A DNA stretch of 64,000 nucleotides from Candidatus Omnitrophota bacterium (GTDB lineage Bacteria; Omnitrophota; Gorgyraeia; Zapsychrales; Fredricksoniimonadaceae): contig CAIOTT010000022.1 of NCBI GenBank assembly GCA_903861305.1, forward strand, positions 4,049 through 68,048. Reading direction: 5' to 3'. A program made the position numbers and the translations under genes. The notes beneath the pieces are model-generated. The model made no database searches. It saw only the letters and a program-made list of their open reading frames with translations, and was not told the origin of the DNA. Of the stretch, positions 35,403 to 45,474 are shown piece by piece. The first letter of the stretch is position 1. The number at the start of each line of letters is the position of its first letter.

Positions 35403-36051
35403 GCGAAACGGCCAGGATCTTCAGGAAAGCAGCCTTGACATGCTCAGCGCCAGTATCGGCGTTAACTGTCTGGAGCTTGCCCTGAGCCTTATAATGATCA
35501 ACGATCGGTTTCGTGCTCTCATTATAAACCGTCATGCGTTTTTTGATCGTTTCTTCATTGTCATCCGTACGCTGATAGATCTCGCCGCCACACTTATCGC
35601 AAATGCCAGCCTTCTTCGGAGGCATATTCTTCAAATGATACAAAGCACCGCAAGCCCTGCAGACCCTGCGGCCCGTCAAACGCAAAAGTACGACATCAAG
35701 CGAAGCTTCCATGTAAAGCGCGACATCGATCGCAAGCTTATTCTTTGCCAGAACTTTATCCAGGTCAACCGCCTGAGCCGATGTGCGGGGAAACCCGTCA
35801 AACATATAGCCCTTGCCGTCGGACGCTGTCGCGGATACTTTACCCTCGATCATACGGGTAACAACCTCATCAGGAACAAGGCCGCCGCTTTCAACAAATC
35901 TCTTGATCTCAAGTCCGATCGCCGTACCGCCCTTGATCTCGGCGCGGATAAGGTCACCCGTTGAAATATGGTGAATATCCAGTTGATCCTTAATGGCCGT
36001 AGCCAGTGTGCCTTTACCAGCCCCCGGAGCGCCAAGAAGTACAATGATCAT
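35386..36051 (-). CDS. adk: Adenylate kinase (4-Cys zinc lid)
   Basis: MIIVLLGAPGAGKGT. The lid is CRACGALYH...CDKCGGE. Confidence 0.95.
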   Translation of the reverse strand: MIIVLLGAPGAGKGTLATAIKDQLDIHHISTGDLIRAEIKGGTAIGLEIKRFVESGGLVPDEVVTRMIEGKVSATASDGKGYMFDGFPRTSAQAVDLDKVLAKNKLAIDVALYMEASLDVVLLRLTGRRVCRACGALYHLKNMPPKKAGICDKCGGEIYQRTDDNEETIKKRMTVYNESTKPIVDHYKAQGKLQTVNADTGAEHVKAAFLKILAVSHVKKA

Positions 36052-37409
36052 CGTCTCCCCCTTAAATGACCGGATTGCATAAAGCCGTCATAATTATGCA
36101 TCTGCAAATGAGACTCGACCTGTTTCATTGTATCAAGCATAACACCAACCGTGATCAAGATACCAGTGCCTCCAAAAAATGAAGCCACGAGATATGGCAC
36201 TTTTGCCGATGCCATGATCGCGTCCGGCATGACCGCGATACAACAAATGAAAGTCGCCCCTACCAGCGTGATGCGTGTCAGCACAAAATCAAGATAATCA
36301 GCCGTCTGTTTTCCAGGACGAACACCCGGGATAAAACCACCGTGTTTTTTCATGTTCTCGGCAACATCCGTGGGATTAAACACGATCGCCGTATAAAAAT
36401 AACAAAAGAAAATGATCAGGCCTGCGTATAAAGTGTAATAAACCCAGTGGCCTCTCGCCAGCAATGAGGCGAAGCTATGGATCTGTTGCGAAGGTATAAA
36501 GCTTGCAATTGTCGCCGGGAACAAGATGATCGACTGGGCAAAAATGATCGCGATGATACCCGCTGTATCGACCTTGAGCGGGATATAAGTCTGCTGACCG
36601 CCGGCGGATTTCCCGCCCACCATGCGCCGTGCATACTGCACCGGTACACGCCGCTGCGCCTGCGTGATCAAGGTTGTGGCGAGAATGACCGAAATAAGGA
36701 AAAAGATCATCATCAGGATGGTCAACGGCTGAAGCTGCGCCGCCCCTGCGGTTTTGGGATGCAAAAGAAGGAACGTTTGCTCAACAGCAGCAGGAGCCGC
36801 AGAAAGAATACCCGCCGTAATGATCAGCGACATGCCGTTGCCGACCCCCTGCTCCTGAATACGTTCGCCGAGCCACATGATGATAAGCGTCCCGGTTGTC
36901 AAGGTAACGGCTGTTGTCAAACGGAATCCCCATCCGGGATTATCCACGACCTGCAGACCCTGAAAGGCCTGTGGGCTCTCAAGCCAGAGAGCAATAAAGA
37001 ACGACTGGACCAAGGCAAGCCCTACAGTACCATAACGCGTGTACTGATTGATCTTCTGGTAACCTGCCTGGCCTTCCTTTGACAACTTTTCGAGCGCAGG
37101 GATTACCGCGGTCAAGAGTTGCATGATGATCGAACTGGAAATGTAAGGCATTACACCCAGTGAGAACACCGTTAATTTTTCAAGAGAACGGCCGGAAAAC
37201 ATGTTCATGATCGTAAACACGTTCCCGCCACCCGTCGTAGCAGCGATACGATCGAAAAACTTTGAAAGTTCCGCCGCGTTGATCCCGGGTGTAGGGATAA
37301 AACAACCCAAACGGTAAACCGCTATGATCCCGAGAGTGAAAAGGATCTTCTTGCGGAGATCCTCAATTTTGAAACAGGTGGCTAAGGCCTTGAAGAACTG
37401 GGAGAACAT
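36048..37409 (-). CDS. secY: Preprotein translocase subunit SecY
   Basis: 453 aa, 10 hydrophobic segments, canonical rplO-secY-adk position. GIMPYISSSII-like motif (GVMPYISSSIIMQLL). Confidence 0.96.
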   Translation of the reverse strand: MFSQFFKALATCFKIEDLRKKILFTLGIIAVYRLGCFIPTPGINAAELSKFFDRIAATTGGGNVFTIMNMFSGRSLEKLTVFSLGVMPYISSSIIMQLLTAVIPALEKLSKEGQAGYQKINQYTRYGTVGLALVQSFFIALWLESPQAFQGLQVVDNPGWGFRLTTAVTLTTGTLIIMWLGERIQEQGVGNGMSLIITAGILSAAPAAVEQTFLLLHPKTAGAAQLQPLTILMMIFFLISVILATTLITQAQRRVPVQYARRMVGGKSAGGQQTYIPLKVDTAGIIAIIFAQSIILFPATIASFIPSQQIHSFASLLARGHWVYYTLYAGLIIFFCYFYTAIVFNPTDVAENMKKHGGFIPGVRPGKQTADYLDFVLTRITLVGATFICCIAVMPDAIMASAKVPYLVASFFGGTGILITVGVMLDTMKQVESHLQMHNYDGFMQSGHLRGRR

Positions 37410-37418
37410 ATATTGAGG

Positions 37419-37946
37419 TTATGCCTTCTTCGCATTCTTCGCCTTCCTGGCGTCTTTGGCTTTCTGCTTATTCTCCTGGATCTGCCTGATCTCGAGCACT
37501 TTCCCCGGAATAATGATCTCAATCTTACCACCGGCCTTCTTGATCTTTTCCGCGGCATCGGCAGAAAAAGCATAGGCCTTGATGGTCAATGCCTTCTTTA
37601 GCTCACCCCGTGAAAGGATCTTGTACGGTTTCCGGCGGCTGCTGACGAGCTGGGCTGCCTTTAATTTATCAACATCCACGACCGTGTTCGCTTCAAAACG
37701 GTTTAACGCATCAAGCTGAACGATCTGGTAAACGACAGGATTCAACGGATTAAAACCGACCTTGGGTATACGGCGGATGAGAGCCATCTGACCGCCCTCA
37801 GAACCAAGGATGATGCCACGGCCTGAACGCGAACGCTGACCTTTATCACCACGGCCTGATTGCTTTCCAAGCCCGGATGCAGCACCACGCCCTTTCCTGA
37901 ACTTCCGCCTTCTGGAACCAACTGGAGACTTGAGCAAATGCAACAT
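37419..37946 (-). CDS. rplO: 50S ribosomal protein L15 with Lys/Ala-rich C-terminal extension
   Basis: GRGAASGLGKQSGRGDKGQRSRSG. The tail is ENKQKAKDARKAKNAKKA. Confidence 0.95.
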   Translation of the reverse strand: MLHLLKSPVGSRRRKFRKGRGAASGLGKQSGRGDKGQRSRSGRGIILGSEGGQMALIRRIPKVGFNPLNPVVYQIVQLDALNRFEANTVVDVDKLKAAQLVSSRRKPYKILSRGELKKALTIKAYAFSADAAEKIKKAGGKIEIIIPGKVLEIRQIQENKQKAKDARKAKNAKKA

Positions 37947-37954
37947 AAAGAACC

Positions 37955-38614
37955 TTACTTGGCCGTTTCTTTGGTATCGTTGTTGACAGGAGTTTTCAGG
38001 CGAGACAAACCTTCCATGGTCGCTTTGACAACATTGAGAGGATTGCTCGAACGGTGAACTTTAGTTAAAATATTCTTGATCCCAGCGCCATCACAAATGG
38101 CACGTACAGGACCAGCCGCGATAACGCCGGTACCTTCAGATGCAGGTTTTAAAAGTACGCGGGTCGCGCACCATTTGCCGATGACCTCATGCGGGATCGT
38201 TGTCCCTTTGCGGGGGATCAATTCCATCCGCTTCTTGCCCGCATTAAGGGCTTTCTTGATCCCGACGGAAACTTCAGCCGCTTTGCCGAGAGCATACCCC
38301 ACCCTCCCGTTGCCGTCGCCGACAACGACCAGCGCACTGAAAGATAATTTCGTACCACCCTTGGTGACCTTTGCGACACGGCTGATACGGATCACAGACT
38401 CGATAAGTCCACTCGACTCTGCCTCAGGCCTTGGACCACGAGGTCTTTTGCCGCGCCCGCCTTTATCTCCCTGTCCGCGCGGCCCGCTTGAGGGCGCGTT
38501 AAGATCAGAAGAATACGCAAGCTTCTTTTCCGCCTTATCGACAGATTCCATACCTTTGGCCGGAGCCTGCGACTGATTCTTTGAGTCCTGTTCTTTCAGA
38601 TTTTTGTCTTCCAT
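37955..38614 (-). CDS. rpsE: 30S ribosomal protein S5 (about 60-aa N-terminal low-complexity extension)
   Basis: [42 protein letters not shown]. Confidence 0.96.
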   Translation of the reverse strand: MEDKNLKEQDSKNQSQAPAKGMESVDKAEKKLAYSSDLNAPSSGPRGQGDKGGRGKRPRGPRPEAESSGLIESVIRISRVAKVTKGGTKLSFSALVVVGDGNGRVGYALGKAAEVSVGIKKALNAGKKRMELIPRKGTTIPHEVIGKWCATRVLLKPASEGTGVIAAGPVRAICDGAGIKNILTKVHRSSNPLNVVKATMEGLSRLKTPVNNDTKETAK

Positions 38615-38620
38615 ATGTCC

Positions 38621-38983
38621 TTAGAATTCCAATCCAGCTTTACGTGCCGCGTCAGCGAACGCTTTCACGCGCCCATGGTAAAGGTAACCGCCGCGGTCAA
38701 AAGCAACCTTTGTGATGCCCTTGCCCACCGCTAGCTTGGCGAAAGCGTCCCCGAGTGCTTCCGCAGCCTTGATATTACCACCATTCTTGATCTTACCCTT
38801 GATATCTTTGGCCAATGTGGACAATCCCATGAGAACCTTCCCCGTGGAATCATCAATGATACTGACCGATATATTCTTCAGGCTCCGGTGAACACACATG
38901 CGTGGACGGTCACTGGAACCGGACATTGTTTTCCGGATGCGGCGATGACGATATATTCTCTTTGTTTCATTTATATTTGACAT
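38621..38983 (-). CDS. rplR: 50S ribosomal protein L18
   Basis: RHRRIRKTMSGSSDRPRMCVHRSLKNISVSII...FDRGGYLYHGRVKAFADAAR. Confidence 0.96.
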   Translation of the reverse strand: MSNINETKRIYRHRRIRKTMSGSSDRPRMCVHRSLKNISVSIIDDSTGKVLMGLSTLAKDIKGKIKNGGNIKAAEALGDAFAKLAVGKGITKVAFDRGGYLYHGRVKAFADAARKAGLEF

Positions 38984-38989
38984 AGTCCA

Positions 38990-39529
38990 TTACTTTGTTA
39001 CAGATTTACCCTGTTTGCGCTTGACAACTTCGCCTGCGTAACGAATACCCTTACCTTTATACGGCTCCGGCGGTTTAATAGCCCGGATCTGTGCCGCTAC
39101 CTGCCCGAGAAGGATATTATCAGCACTTTCAAGCTTGATATCTGTCGGCTTCGGGGCAAGGATCTTGACCTCTTTCGGAACAATGAACTCAACAGGGTGG
39201 CTGAAGCCCAGGATCATGGAAAGCTTCTGTCCCGTCACCTGAGCACGAAAACCCAACCCCTGGATCTCAAGGTCCTGAAAATGCCCCTTGCTCACGCCGA
39301 CAATCATATTCTTTAAAAGGGCGCGCAGTGTGCCATGATCAGCACGGGTCTGTTTCGAGTCGCTCACACGGCTGATAACGATCGAACCATCCTTCTGCTC
39401 AAGCTTGATCCCGTACGGGATCGCTGCAGTCAATTTACCCTTCGGACCTTCGACATTAACTGCCGTCGGAGTAACGTTAAACTTGACTTCTTTCGGTAAT
39501 ACTAAAGGTATTTTACCAATCCTTGACAT
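38990..39529 (-). CDS. rplF: 50S ribosomal protein L6
   Basis: MSRIGKIPLVLPKEVKF...PEPYKGKGIRYAGE. Confidence 0.96.
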   Translation of the reverse strand: MSRIGKIPLVLPKEVKFNVTPTAVNVEGPKGKLTAAIPYGIKLEQKDGSIVISRVSDSKQTRADHGTLRALLKNMIVGVSKGHFQDLEIQGLGFRAQVTGQKLSMILGFSHPVEFIVPKEVKILAPKPTDIKLESADNILLGQVAAQIRAIKPPEPYKGKGIRYAGEVVKRKQGKSVTK

Positions 39530-39535
39530 ATGCCC

Positions 39536-39931
39536 TTACCAGACGTAACAGAGGACTTCGCCTCCGATGTTTAACTGACGCGCTTGCTTATCATCGAGAA
39601 TCCCCTTTGACGTGGAGATGATCGCTGTTCCCAAACCACTCAAGACCCGGGGGATCTCGTCATTCTGAGCGTAAACACGCAACCCGGGTTTGGATATCCT
39701 TTTCAAACCGGAGATTGCCGATTTCTTTCCGGCGTATTTTAGATAGACCTTCAGCACACCCTGCTTGTTGTCTTTTAGCAGACGCACATTTTCAATATAC
39801 TGATCCTTCTTCATGATCCCGAGAATCTGCTCATTGAGCTTTGAAGCGGGTATGTCGACGGTATCCTTACGCACACTGATCGCGTTGCGGATGATCGTGA
39901 GCATGTTCGCTATAGAATCTGAAACTGGCAT
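39536..39931 (-). CDS. rpsH: 30S ribosomal protein S8
   Basis: MPVSDSIANMLTIIRNA...GGEVLCYVW. Confidence 0.96.
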   Translation of the reverse strand: MPVSDSIANMLTIIRNAISVRKDTVDIPASKLNEQILGIMKKDQYIENVRLLKDNKQGVLKVYLKYAGKKSAISGLKRISKPGLRVYAQNDEIPRVLSGLGTAIISTSKGILDDKQARQLNIGGEVLCYVW

Positions 39932-40025
39932 CTTAACGCCCCTTTATCTTGATTTCAACACGAACCTGTTTTATTAAATCCTCGGTACCGACTTGTGCCA
40001 GGCCCGACAATCAACTTCGGCGCAA

Positions 40026-40047
40026 CCTTGCAAGCGATCTTGCAAGG
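40026..40047 (-). other. Perfect 9-bp stem / 4-nt loop hairpin 3 nt after the rpsZ stop, inside an unusually long (119 nt) rpsZ-rpsH spacer
   Basis: ccttgcaag-cgat-cttgcaagg read directly at 40026-40047. No U-tract follows on the minus strand. Confidence 0.5.
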
Positions 40048-40050
40048 CCA

Positions 40051-40236
40051 TCACCACGACGCTTTTTTGACTCCCGGGATCTCACCCTTCCAGGCCAGTT
40101 CCCTGAAACATAGACGGCAAATACCGAACCTGCGCAAGAAAGCCCTCGGACGGCCGCACAAGTGACAGCGGTTATGCTGCCGTGTTGGGAATTTAGGCTT
40201 CTGTTTTGACTTAATGATCAACGCTTTTTTTGCCAT
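40051..40236 (-). CDS. rpsZ: 30S ribosomal protein S14, type Z (zinc-binding)
   Basis: 61 aa. [23 protein letters not shown]. Confidence 0.95.
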   Translation of the reverse strand: MAKKALIIKSKQKPKFPTRQHNRCHLCGRPRAFLRRFGICRLCFRELAWKGEIPGVKKASW

Positions 40237-40258
40237 AGGTCTTTTTCAACATCCTTTA

Positions 40259-40813
40259 TTATTTAGTGAACGGCATGCCCATTAAACCAAGAAACTCAAG
40301 GTTCTTCTTGGGATCGCCGCCCTTGATGACAAAGGTGATGTCCATGCCCTGGGCGCGAAAATCACGGCGTGTCGGATCAATTTCGGGGAAAATGGACTGT
40401 TCCTGAAGCCCGAGAGAATAATGACCTTCGCGGTCGAATGATTTCCGGGATATACCATTGAAATCACGGATACGCGGCAGCACGACATTGATCAATCGTT
40501 CCAGGAATTCGTACATCCTCTGACGGCGCAGAGTAACTTTGCATCCCACAGGCGCACCGATCCTCAGATGAAAGTTGGAAATAGCTTTTTTGGAACGGCG
40601 CAATGAAGGCTTCTGGCCCGTGATCGCAGCAAGGTCATTCGCCGCAACCTCAAGGATCTTGAGATCGGACATTGCCTCACCAACACCCATATTGATAACG
40701 ATCTTCTCCAGACGCGGAAGGGCCATGACATTCTTGACCCCGAACTTCTCCTTCATCGCCGGAACAACTTCTTTGTTATACTTATCGAACAGTTCAGATT
40801 TCACGTCAACCAC
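40259..40813 (-). CDS. rplE: 50S ribosomal protein L5
   Basis: NVMALPRLEKIVINMGVGEA...RDFNG. Confidence 0.96.
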   Translation of the reverse strand: MVDVKSELFDKYNKEVVPAMKEKFGVKNVMALPRLEKIVINMGVGEAMSDLKILEVAANDLAAITGQKPSLRRSKKAISNFHLRIGAPVGCKVTLRRQRMYEFLERLINVVLPRIRDFNGISRKSFDREGHYSLGLQEQSIFPEIDPTRRDFRAQGMDITFVIKGGDPKKNLEFLGLMGMPFTK

Positions 40814-40825
40814 CTCGAATACAGA

Positions 40826-41137
40826 TTAGATCGTTTCGCCACTCTTTTTGCTGATGCGGACCTTGCCCCCATCCTTGAGGACATTCGCCTTGAACCGCGC
40901 GGGCTTGTTTGTCTTGGTATCCGCCAGCATAACATTGGAAATATGCAGGGGTTTTTCGATCTCGATAAAACCACCATTGGGATACTGGTCGCTCTTTTTA
41001 ACAGCCTTCTTGACAAGATTAATGTTCTCGACAAGCACCTTGTTCTTGCCGGTCACAACCTTGATCACTTTTCCGGTCTTGCCCTTATCTTTACCGGTGA
41101 TCACCACGACCTTATCATCACGTTTAATACGCAGCAT
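40826..41137 (-). CDS. rplX: 50S ribosomal protein L24
   Basis: IKRDDKVVVITGKDKGKTGKVIKV (KOW motif). Confidence 0.95.
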   Translation of the reverse strand: MLRIKRDDKVVVITGKDKGKTGKVIKVVTGKNKVLVENINLVKKAVKKSDQYPNGGFIEIEKPLHISNVMLADTKTNKPARFKANVLKDGGKVRISKKSGETI

Positions 41138-41505
41138 CAGACCACCTCGGGAGCTAAAGAAATAATTTTCATGTATTCCATATTACGAAGTTCGCGTGCC
41201 ACAGGGCCGAACACGCGTGTCCCCCTGGGATTTCCCGCGTCGTCGATCAAAACCACGGCATTGGAATCAAAACGAACATAGGTGCCATCTGGACGACGGA
41301 TACGCGTCTTGGTGCGTACCACGACCCCTTTAGCCTTCTGGCCTTTCTTGATCGCTGCATCCGGCGTAGATTCCTTGATATTAACCCTGACAATATCGCC
41401 GATCTGAGCTACAAGTTTACCCTTGGCGTTAAGAACACCGATAACTGAGGCGTTACGGGCTCCGGTATTGTCAGCGACTTGAAGAATGGTCTTCATCTGG
41501 ATCAT
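41137..41505 (-). CDS. rplN: 50S ribosomal protein L14
   Basis: MIQMKTILQVADNTGARN...122 aa. Confidence 0.97.
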   Translation of the reverse strand: MIQMKTILQVADNTGARNASVIGVLNAKGKLVAQIGDIVRVNIKESTPDAAIKKGQKAKGVVVRTKTRIRRPDGTYVRFDSNAVVLIDDAGNPRGTRVFGPVARELRNMEYMKIISLAPEVV

Positions 41506-41783
41506 ATGACCACCGCCTCTTTATCCTTATTCTTGCTGACGATGCGGGTAATAGCCCAACGTTTGTCTTTTGAAAGCGGCCTGACCGACATCATTTCCAC
41601 AACATCACCAACATGGGACTCATTCTTTTCGTCATGGGCCTTATAACGGGCCGAACGTTTCATGAGCTTTCCATATTTCGCGTGACGCAGTGTCGAATCA
41701 ACCTCAACGACACGAGTTTTGTTCATCTTGTCGCTGGTGACCTTACCGCTGAGCGTTTTACGCTTATTAAGCCTTTTTTCCAT
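41502..41783 (-). CDS. rpsQ: 30S ribosomal protein S17
   Basis: LSGKVTSDKMNKTRVVEVDSTLRHAKYGK...YKAHDE. Confidence 0.95.
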   Translation of the reverse strand: MEKRLNKRKTLSGKVTSDKMNKTRVVEVDSTLRHAKYGKLMKRSARYKAHDEKNESHVGDVVEMMSVRPLSKDKRWAITRIVSKNKDKEAVVI

Positions 41784-41976
41784 CTTGCTTCTTTCTTTCG
41801 TTGATGATCGTCTGGATGCGGGCGATCTCTTTCTTGATCGTCCTGAAACGTGACGGCTTTTCAGCCTTCCCGGAAGCGCTTTTCTGCTGCCTCAGGTCAA
41901 AGATCTCTTTCTTGAGGGTGATAACCCTCTGAAGGAGCTCGTCCACATTCTGTTCTTTCAATTCTTTAAACTTCAT
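41767..41976 (-). CDS. rpmC: 50S ribosomal protein L29
   Basis: MKFKELKEQNVDELLQRVITLKKEIFDLRQQ. Confidence 0.93.
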   Translation of the reverse strand: MKFKELKEQNVDELLQRVITLKKEIFDLRQQKSASGKAEKPSRFRTIKKEIARIQTIINERKKQDGKKA

Positions 41977-41984
41977 ATATTCTT

Positions 41985-42404
41985 TTAAACCTTTTTCGAA
42001 CGGGTTACAAACTTTGTCCTGACAGGAAGCTTGAATGCCACAAGCCTCAATAGTGTCTTGGCAAATTCCTCAGGTACACCGCTGATCTCAAAAAGGACGC
42101 GCCCGCGTCTGATCGGTGCCACCCAATGATCAAGATCACCCTTACCCTTACCCATACGGGTCTCTGCCGGCTTCTTCGTGACAGGTTTATGCGGAAAAAT
42201 ATTGATCCACAGCTTGCCCGCGCCGCGCAATTTCCTGACCATGGCCACACGACAGGCTTCAATATGGTTCGCACGCACAAGTCCGTTATCCAGGGCTTTT
42301 AATCCATACTCACCAAAAGACAATTTTGAACCTGAGCAAGATATGCCGCGGCATTTGCCTTTCTGCGCTTTACGATATTTGACTCTCTTTGGCATCAAGG
42401 CCAT
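41985..42404 (-). CDS. rplP: 50S ribosomal protein L16
   Basis: MLMPKRVKYRKAQKG-type start (MALMPKRVKYRKAQKGK), RMGKGKG. Confidence 0.96.
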   Translation of the reverse strand: MALMPKRVKYRKAQKGKCRGISCSGSKLSFGEYGLKALDNGLVRANHIEACRVAMVRKLRGAGKLWINIFPHKPVTKKPAETRMGKGKGDLDHWVAPIRRGRVLFEISGVPEEFAKTLLRLVAFKLPVRTKFVTRSKKV

Positions 42405-42415
42405 GTTCTTACTCC

Positions 42416-43072
42416 TTATGCTTCCACTTTGCGAACATCTTTAATGGTGTCACCCTTATAGATCCACACCTTCACGCCAATACAACCAAACGTCGTAACC
42501 GCCTCAGTGAAACCATAATCAATATCCGCACGAAACGTCTGCAGCGGGATCTTGCCGATATGGTATTTCTCACGGCGAGCGATCTCGGCACCGTCAAGAC
42601 GACCGGAAACAATGATCTTCACGCCCTTAGCGCCCGCCTGAATGGTTTGTTCGACCGCACGCTTCATCGCACGACGGAAACCAACACGCTTTTCCATCTG
42701 GAAGGCCACACTTTGCGCCACGAGCTGCGCATCAACGGCAGGATTCTTGATCTCTTTAATGTCGACAGCGATCTCTTTAGGCGTGATCTTGGCCAGATCC
42801 TGCCTTAAACGGTCGATATCAACGCCGCGACGGCCGATAATAACACCGGGCCTGGCTGAGGCGATGCGGACCTTGATCTGGTCTGCCAAGCGCTCGATCT
42901 CGACACCAGAAACTGCACCCTGCACGAACTTCTTGCGGATGTACTGGCGGATCTTGTAATCTTCCTCAATGTTCTTGGCGTAATCCTTCGGATCAGCGAA
43001 CCACATGCTGCGCCAATTCTTGTTGATACCGATCCTTAATACGACTGGACTGACTTTTTGACCCACGTTCAA
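42416..43072 (-). CDS. rpsC: 30S ribosomal protein S3
   Basis: MGQKVSP-type start (MNVGQKVSPVVLRIG), KH domain, GRLDGAEIAR. Confidence 0.96.
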   Translation of the reverse strand: MNVGQKVSPVVLRIGINKNWRSMWFADPKDYAKNIEEDYKIRQYIRKKFVQGAVSGVEIERLADQIKVRIASARPGVIIGRRGVDIDRLRQDLAKITPKEIAVDIKEIKNPAVDAQLVAQSVAFQMEKRVGFRRAMKRAVEQTIQAGAKGVKIIVSGRLDGAEIARREKYHIGKIPLQTFRADIDYGFTEAVTTFGCIGVKVWIYKGDTIKDVRKVEA

Positions 43073-43079
43073 TACCTCT

Positions 43080-43415
43080 TCATTTAACTTTTAGATCAAG
43101 CTCGACCGTAATATGTGTGGTCTTCTTGAGGATCTCCGTCGCACGGCCGAACGTGGCTGCACGAAAACGCTTCCAAACAGGCCCCTGGTCCGCGACAACC
43201 CTGGAAACAAAAAGCTGATCCTCGGCCACACCCTTCAACTTCGCATTAGCCACGGCGGAATCAAAGACCTTGACGATCTTTTCCTTCGTGGGCTTGTTCA
43301 AATGCGCGAGGATACTCTGCGCCACAGGAACTTTCTTCCCGCGGATCAGATCAAGGATCTGTCTGACCTTCGTCGGGGAAACTCTGAGATAACGACCTTT
43401 AGCTTGCGCAATCAT
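43080..43415 (-). CDS. rplV: 50S ribosomal protein L22
   Basis: AKGRYLRVSPTKVRQILDLIRGK...ITVEL. Confidence 0.95.
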   Translation of the reverse strand: MIAQAKGRYLRVSPTKVRQILDLIRGKKVPVAQSILAHLNKPTKEKIVKVFDSAVANAKLKGVAEDQLFVSRVVADQGPVWKRFRAATFGRATEILKKTTHITVELDLKVK

Positions 43416-43426
43416 TGTCTATACCT

Positions 43427-43714
43427 TTATTTCTTCTGTACGGCCTTTTTAGCCTTGATGCCACCATGCGCCTTGAACGTTCTTGTCGGAGCGAACTCAC
43501 CGAGTTTGAACCCGACCATGTTCTCTGTAACGAAGATCGGAACATGCTTGCGACCATTATGGACCGCAAAAGTAAACCCTACGAAATCCGGAAGGATGGT
43601 GGATCGGCGCGACCATGTCTTGATAGGCTGTTTGGCACCAGATGCGACCATCTTGTCGAATTTGTCTTTCAGTGATTGATCTACAAAAGGACCCTTGGAA
43701 ACAGAACGTGTCAT
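43427..43714 (-). CDS. rpsS: 30S ribosomal protein S19
   Basis: [12 protein letters not shown]...[25 protein letters not shown]. Confidence 0.96.
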   Translation of the reverse strand: MTRSVSKGPFVDQSLKDKFDKMVASGAKQPIKTWSRRSTILPDFVGFTFAVHNGRKHVPIFVTENMVGFKLGEFAPTRTFKAHGGIKAKKAVQKK

Positions 43715-43716
43715 AG

Positions 43717-44556
43717 TTACTTCGTCCTTCTCTTAACGATAAACTTGTCAGAATACTTCCCCGGCGTACGGGTCTTATAACCCTTGGTCGGCTTGCCCCA
43801 TGGGGTCACCGGATGCGGATTACCCTGAGGTGTCTTTCCTTCACCGCCACCGTGTGGGTGATCGACAGGATTCATGACAACACCGCGCGATTGCCCACGG
43901 ATACCCTTCCAGCGATTACGTCCGGCTTTCCCGATGGACTGGGTTTCATGTTCTACATTGCTCAACTGCCCGATGGTAGCACGGCAATTGATATTTACCT
44001 TGCGGACCTCGCTGGAGGGCATGCGCAAATGCGCGATCTCACCCTCTTTGGCAATTAACTGCGCTGAGGAACCAGCAGAACGGGCGATCTTACCACCACG
44101 ACCTGGGTAAAGTTCAACATTATGAACAGCAGTACCGAGAGGGATCTTGGTTAGAGGCAAGGCATTGCCAGCCTTGATCTCGGCATTGTCAGCATTGGTG
44201 CTAAGCACCGTTTCACCGGTCTTAAGCTCCAGAGGCGCCAAAATGTAACTCTTGGCTTTATCGCTAACATACTGGATAAGCGCGATACGCGTCGTACGGT
44301 TAGGATCATATTCGATCCCGATAACCGTCGCTACATCATCAAGACGGTCCCGCTTGAAATCGACCAAACGATACATCCTCTTGTGCCCGCCGCCACGATG
44401 GCGCGATGTCACGCGTCCGTAATTATTCCTGCCGCCTGATTTCTTAATAGGGGACAGAAGCGATTTTTCCGGCTGATGCTTTGTCAATTCACTGAAATCG
44501 CACAAAGCTGCATGTCTTAAACCGGGTGTTGTTGGCTTGAAACGTTTGATACCCAT
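43717..44556 (-). CDS. rplB: 50S ribosomal protein L2
   Basis: [15 protein letters not shown]...HPHGGGEG. Confidence 0.97.
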   Translation of the reverse strand: MGIKRFKPTTPGLRHAALCDFSELTKHQPEKSLLSPIKKSGGRNNYGRVTSRHRGGGHKRMYRLVDFKRDRLDDVATVIGIEYDPNRTTRIALIQYVSDKAKSYILAPLELKTGETVLSTNADNAEIKAGNALPLTKIPLGTAVHNVELYPGRGGKIARSAGSSAQLIAKEGEIAHLRMPSSEVRKVNINCRATIGQLSNVEHETQSIGKAGRNRWKGIRGQSRGVVMNPVDHPHGGGEGKTPQGNPHPVTPWGKPTKGYKTRTPGKYSDKFIVKRRTK

Positions 44557-44558
44557 GT

Positions 44559-44834
44559 TCAGGCTACCTCGATCTTATGCTTCTCTTTAAGAGTGACAAC
44601 CGCTTTTTTCCAGTCAGACGTGTAACCGTACTGCGTACGAACACGCTTCCTTTTCCCAGGGACATTGATCACGTTAACGGCCTGGACTTTGACCTTATAT
44701 ATCTCCTCGACAGCCTTTTTGATGTCAGGCTTTGTCGCCGCTACAGCGACGCGAAAAATATACTGGCGACCCTTTTCGATGGCCACGCCTTTTTCCGTAC
44801 GCATTAAATTCTTGATGACTTCGTGAGTTGTCAT
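44559..44834 (-). CDS. rplW: 50S ribosomal protein L23
   Basis: [29 protein letters not shown]. Confidence 0.94.
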   Translation of the reverse strand: MTTHEVIKNLMRTEKGVAIEKGRQYIFRVAVAATKPDIKKAVEEIYKVKVQAVNVINVPGKRKRVRTQYGYTSDWKKAVVTLKEKHKIEVA

Positions 44835-45454
44835 TGCAATCTCTTTAAAAGTTTTTCCATGGCAGATTTAGTCGCCAGGACCTTGTTATTCTTAAGAACG
44901 TCGAGCGCGTTGACATCGCTCACACGGACCGTTTTTAGACGCGCAACATTACGCGACGAACGGGCCACATCATCACCGCAATCATCAAAAAGTGCAAGGA
45001 CTTTTCCGGTAGAAAGCTTCAAATTACCCAAGATCGCCAGAAAGTCTTTTGTTTTCGACGTAGCTACGGTCATTTTATCCACGCAGACAAGCGCGTTGGT
45101 CTTGAATTTCTCATGAAGAGATTCACGCAGCGCCGCCGTGCGAACCTTCTGAGGCAGTGTGTAGCTGAAATCACGCGGGTGCGGCCCAAAAACAACACCA
45201 CCATGCCGCATTAACGGGGAACGCGAAGAACCCTGACGGGCGCGACCGGTACCCTTCTGACGGAACGGCTTCTTGTTACCGCCAGAAACCTCTGAACGGA
45301 TCTTGGTGTCTGCATTACCCTGACGCTGATTGGCCTGATACATCACCACGGCCTGGTGAATCACTGCCTTGTTAACGTCCTTGCCGAAAGATTCAGGAAG
45401 ATCGATCGTACCAGATTCCTGACCTTTGATGTTATAAACTGTAAGCTTGGTCAT
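44831..45454 (-). CDS. rplD: 50S ribosomal protein L4
   Basis: RSEVSGGNKKPFRQKGTGRARQGS. Confidence 0.96.
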   Translation of the reverse strand: MTKLTVYNIKGQESGTIDLPESFGKDVNKAVIHQAVVMYQANQRQGNADTKIRSEVSGGNKKPFRQKGTGRARQGSSRSPLMRHGGVVFGPHPRDFSYTLPQKVRTAALRESLHEKFKTNALVCVDKMTVATSKTKDFLAILGNLKLSTGKVLALFDDCGDDVARSSRNVARLKTVRVSDVNALDVLKNNKVLATKSAMEKLLKRLQ

Positions 45455-45474
45455 TACTTCCTTTACCTTTACCT

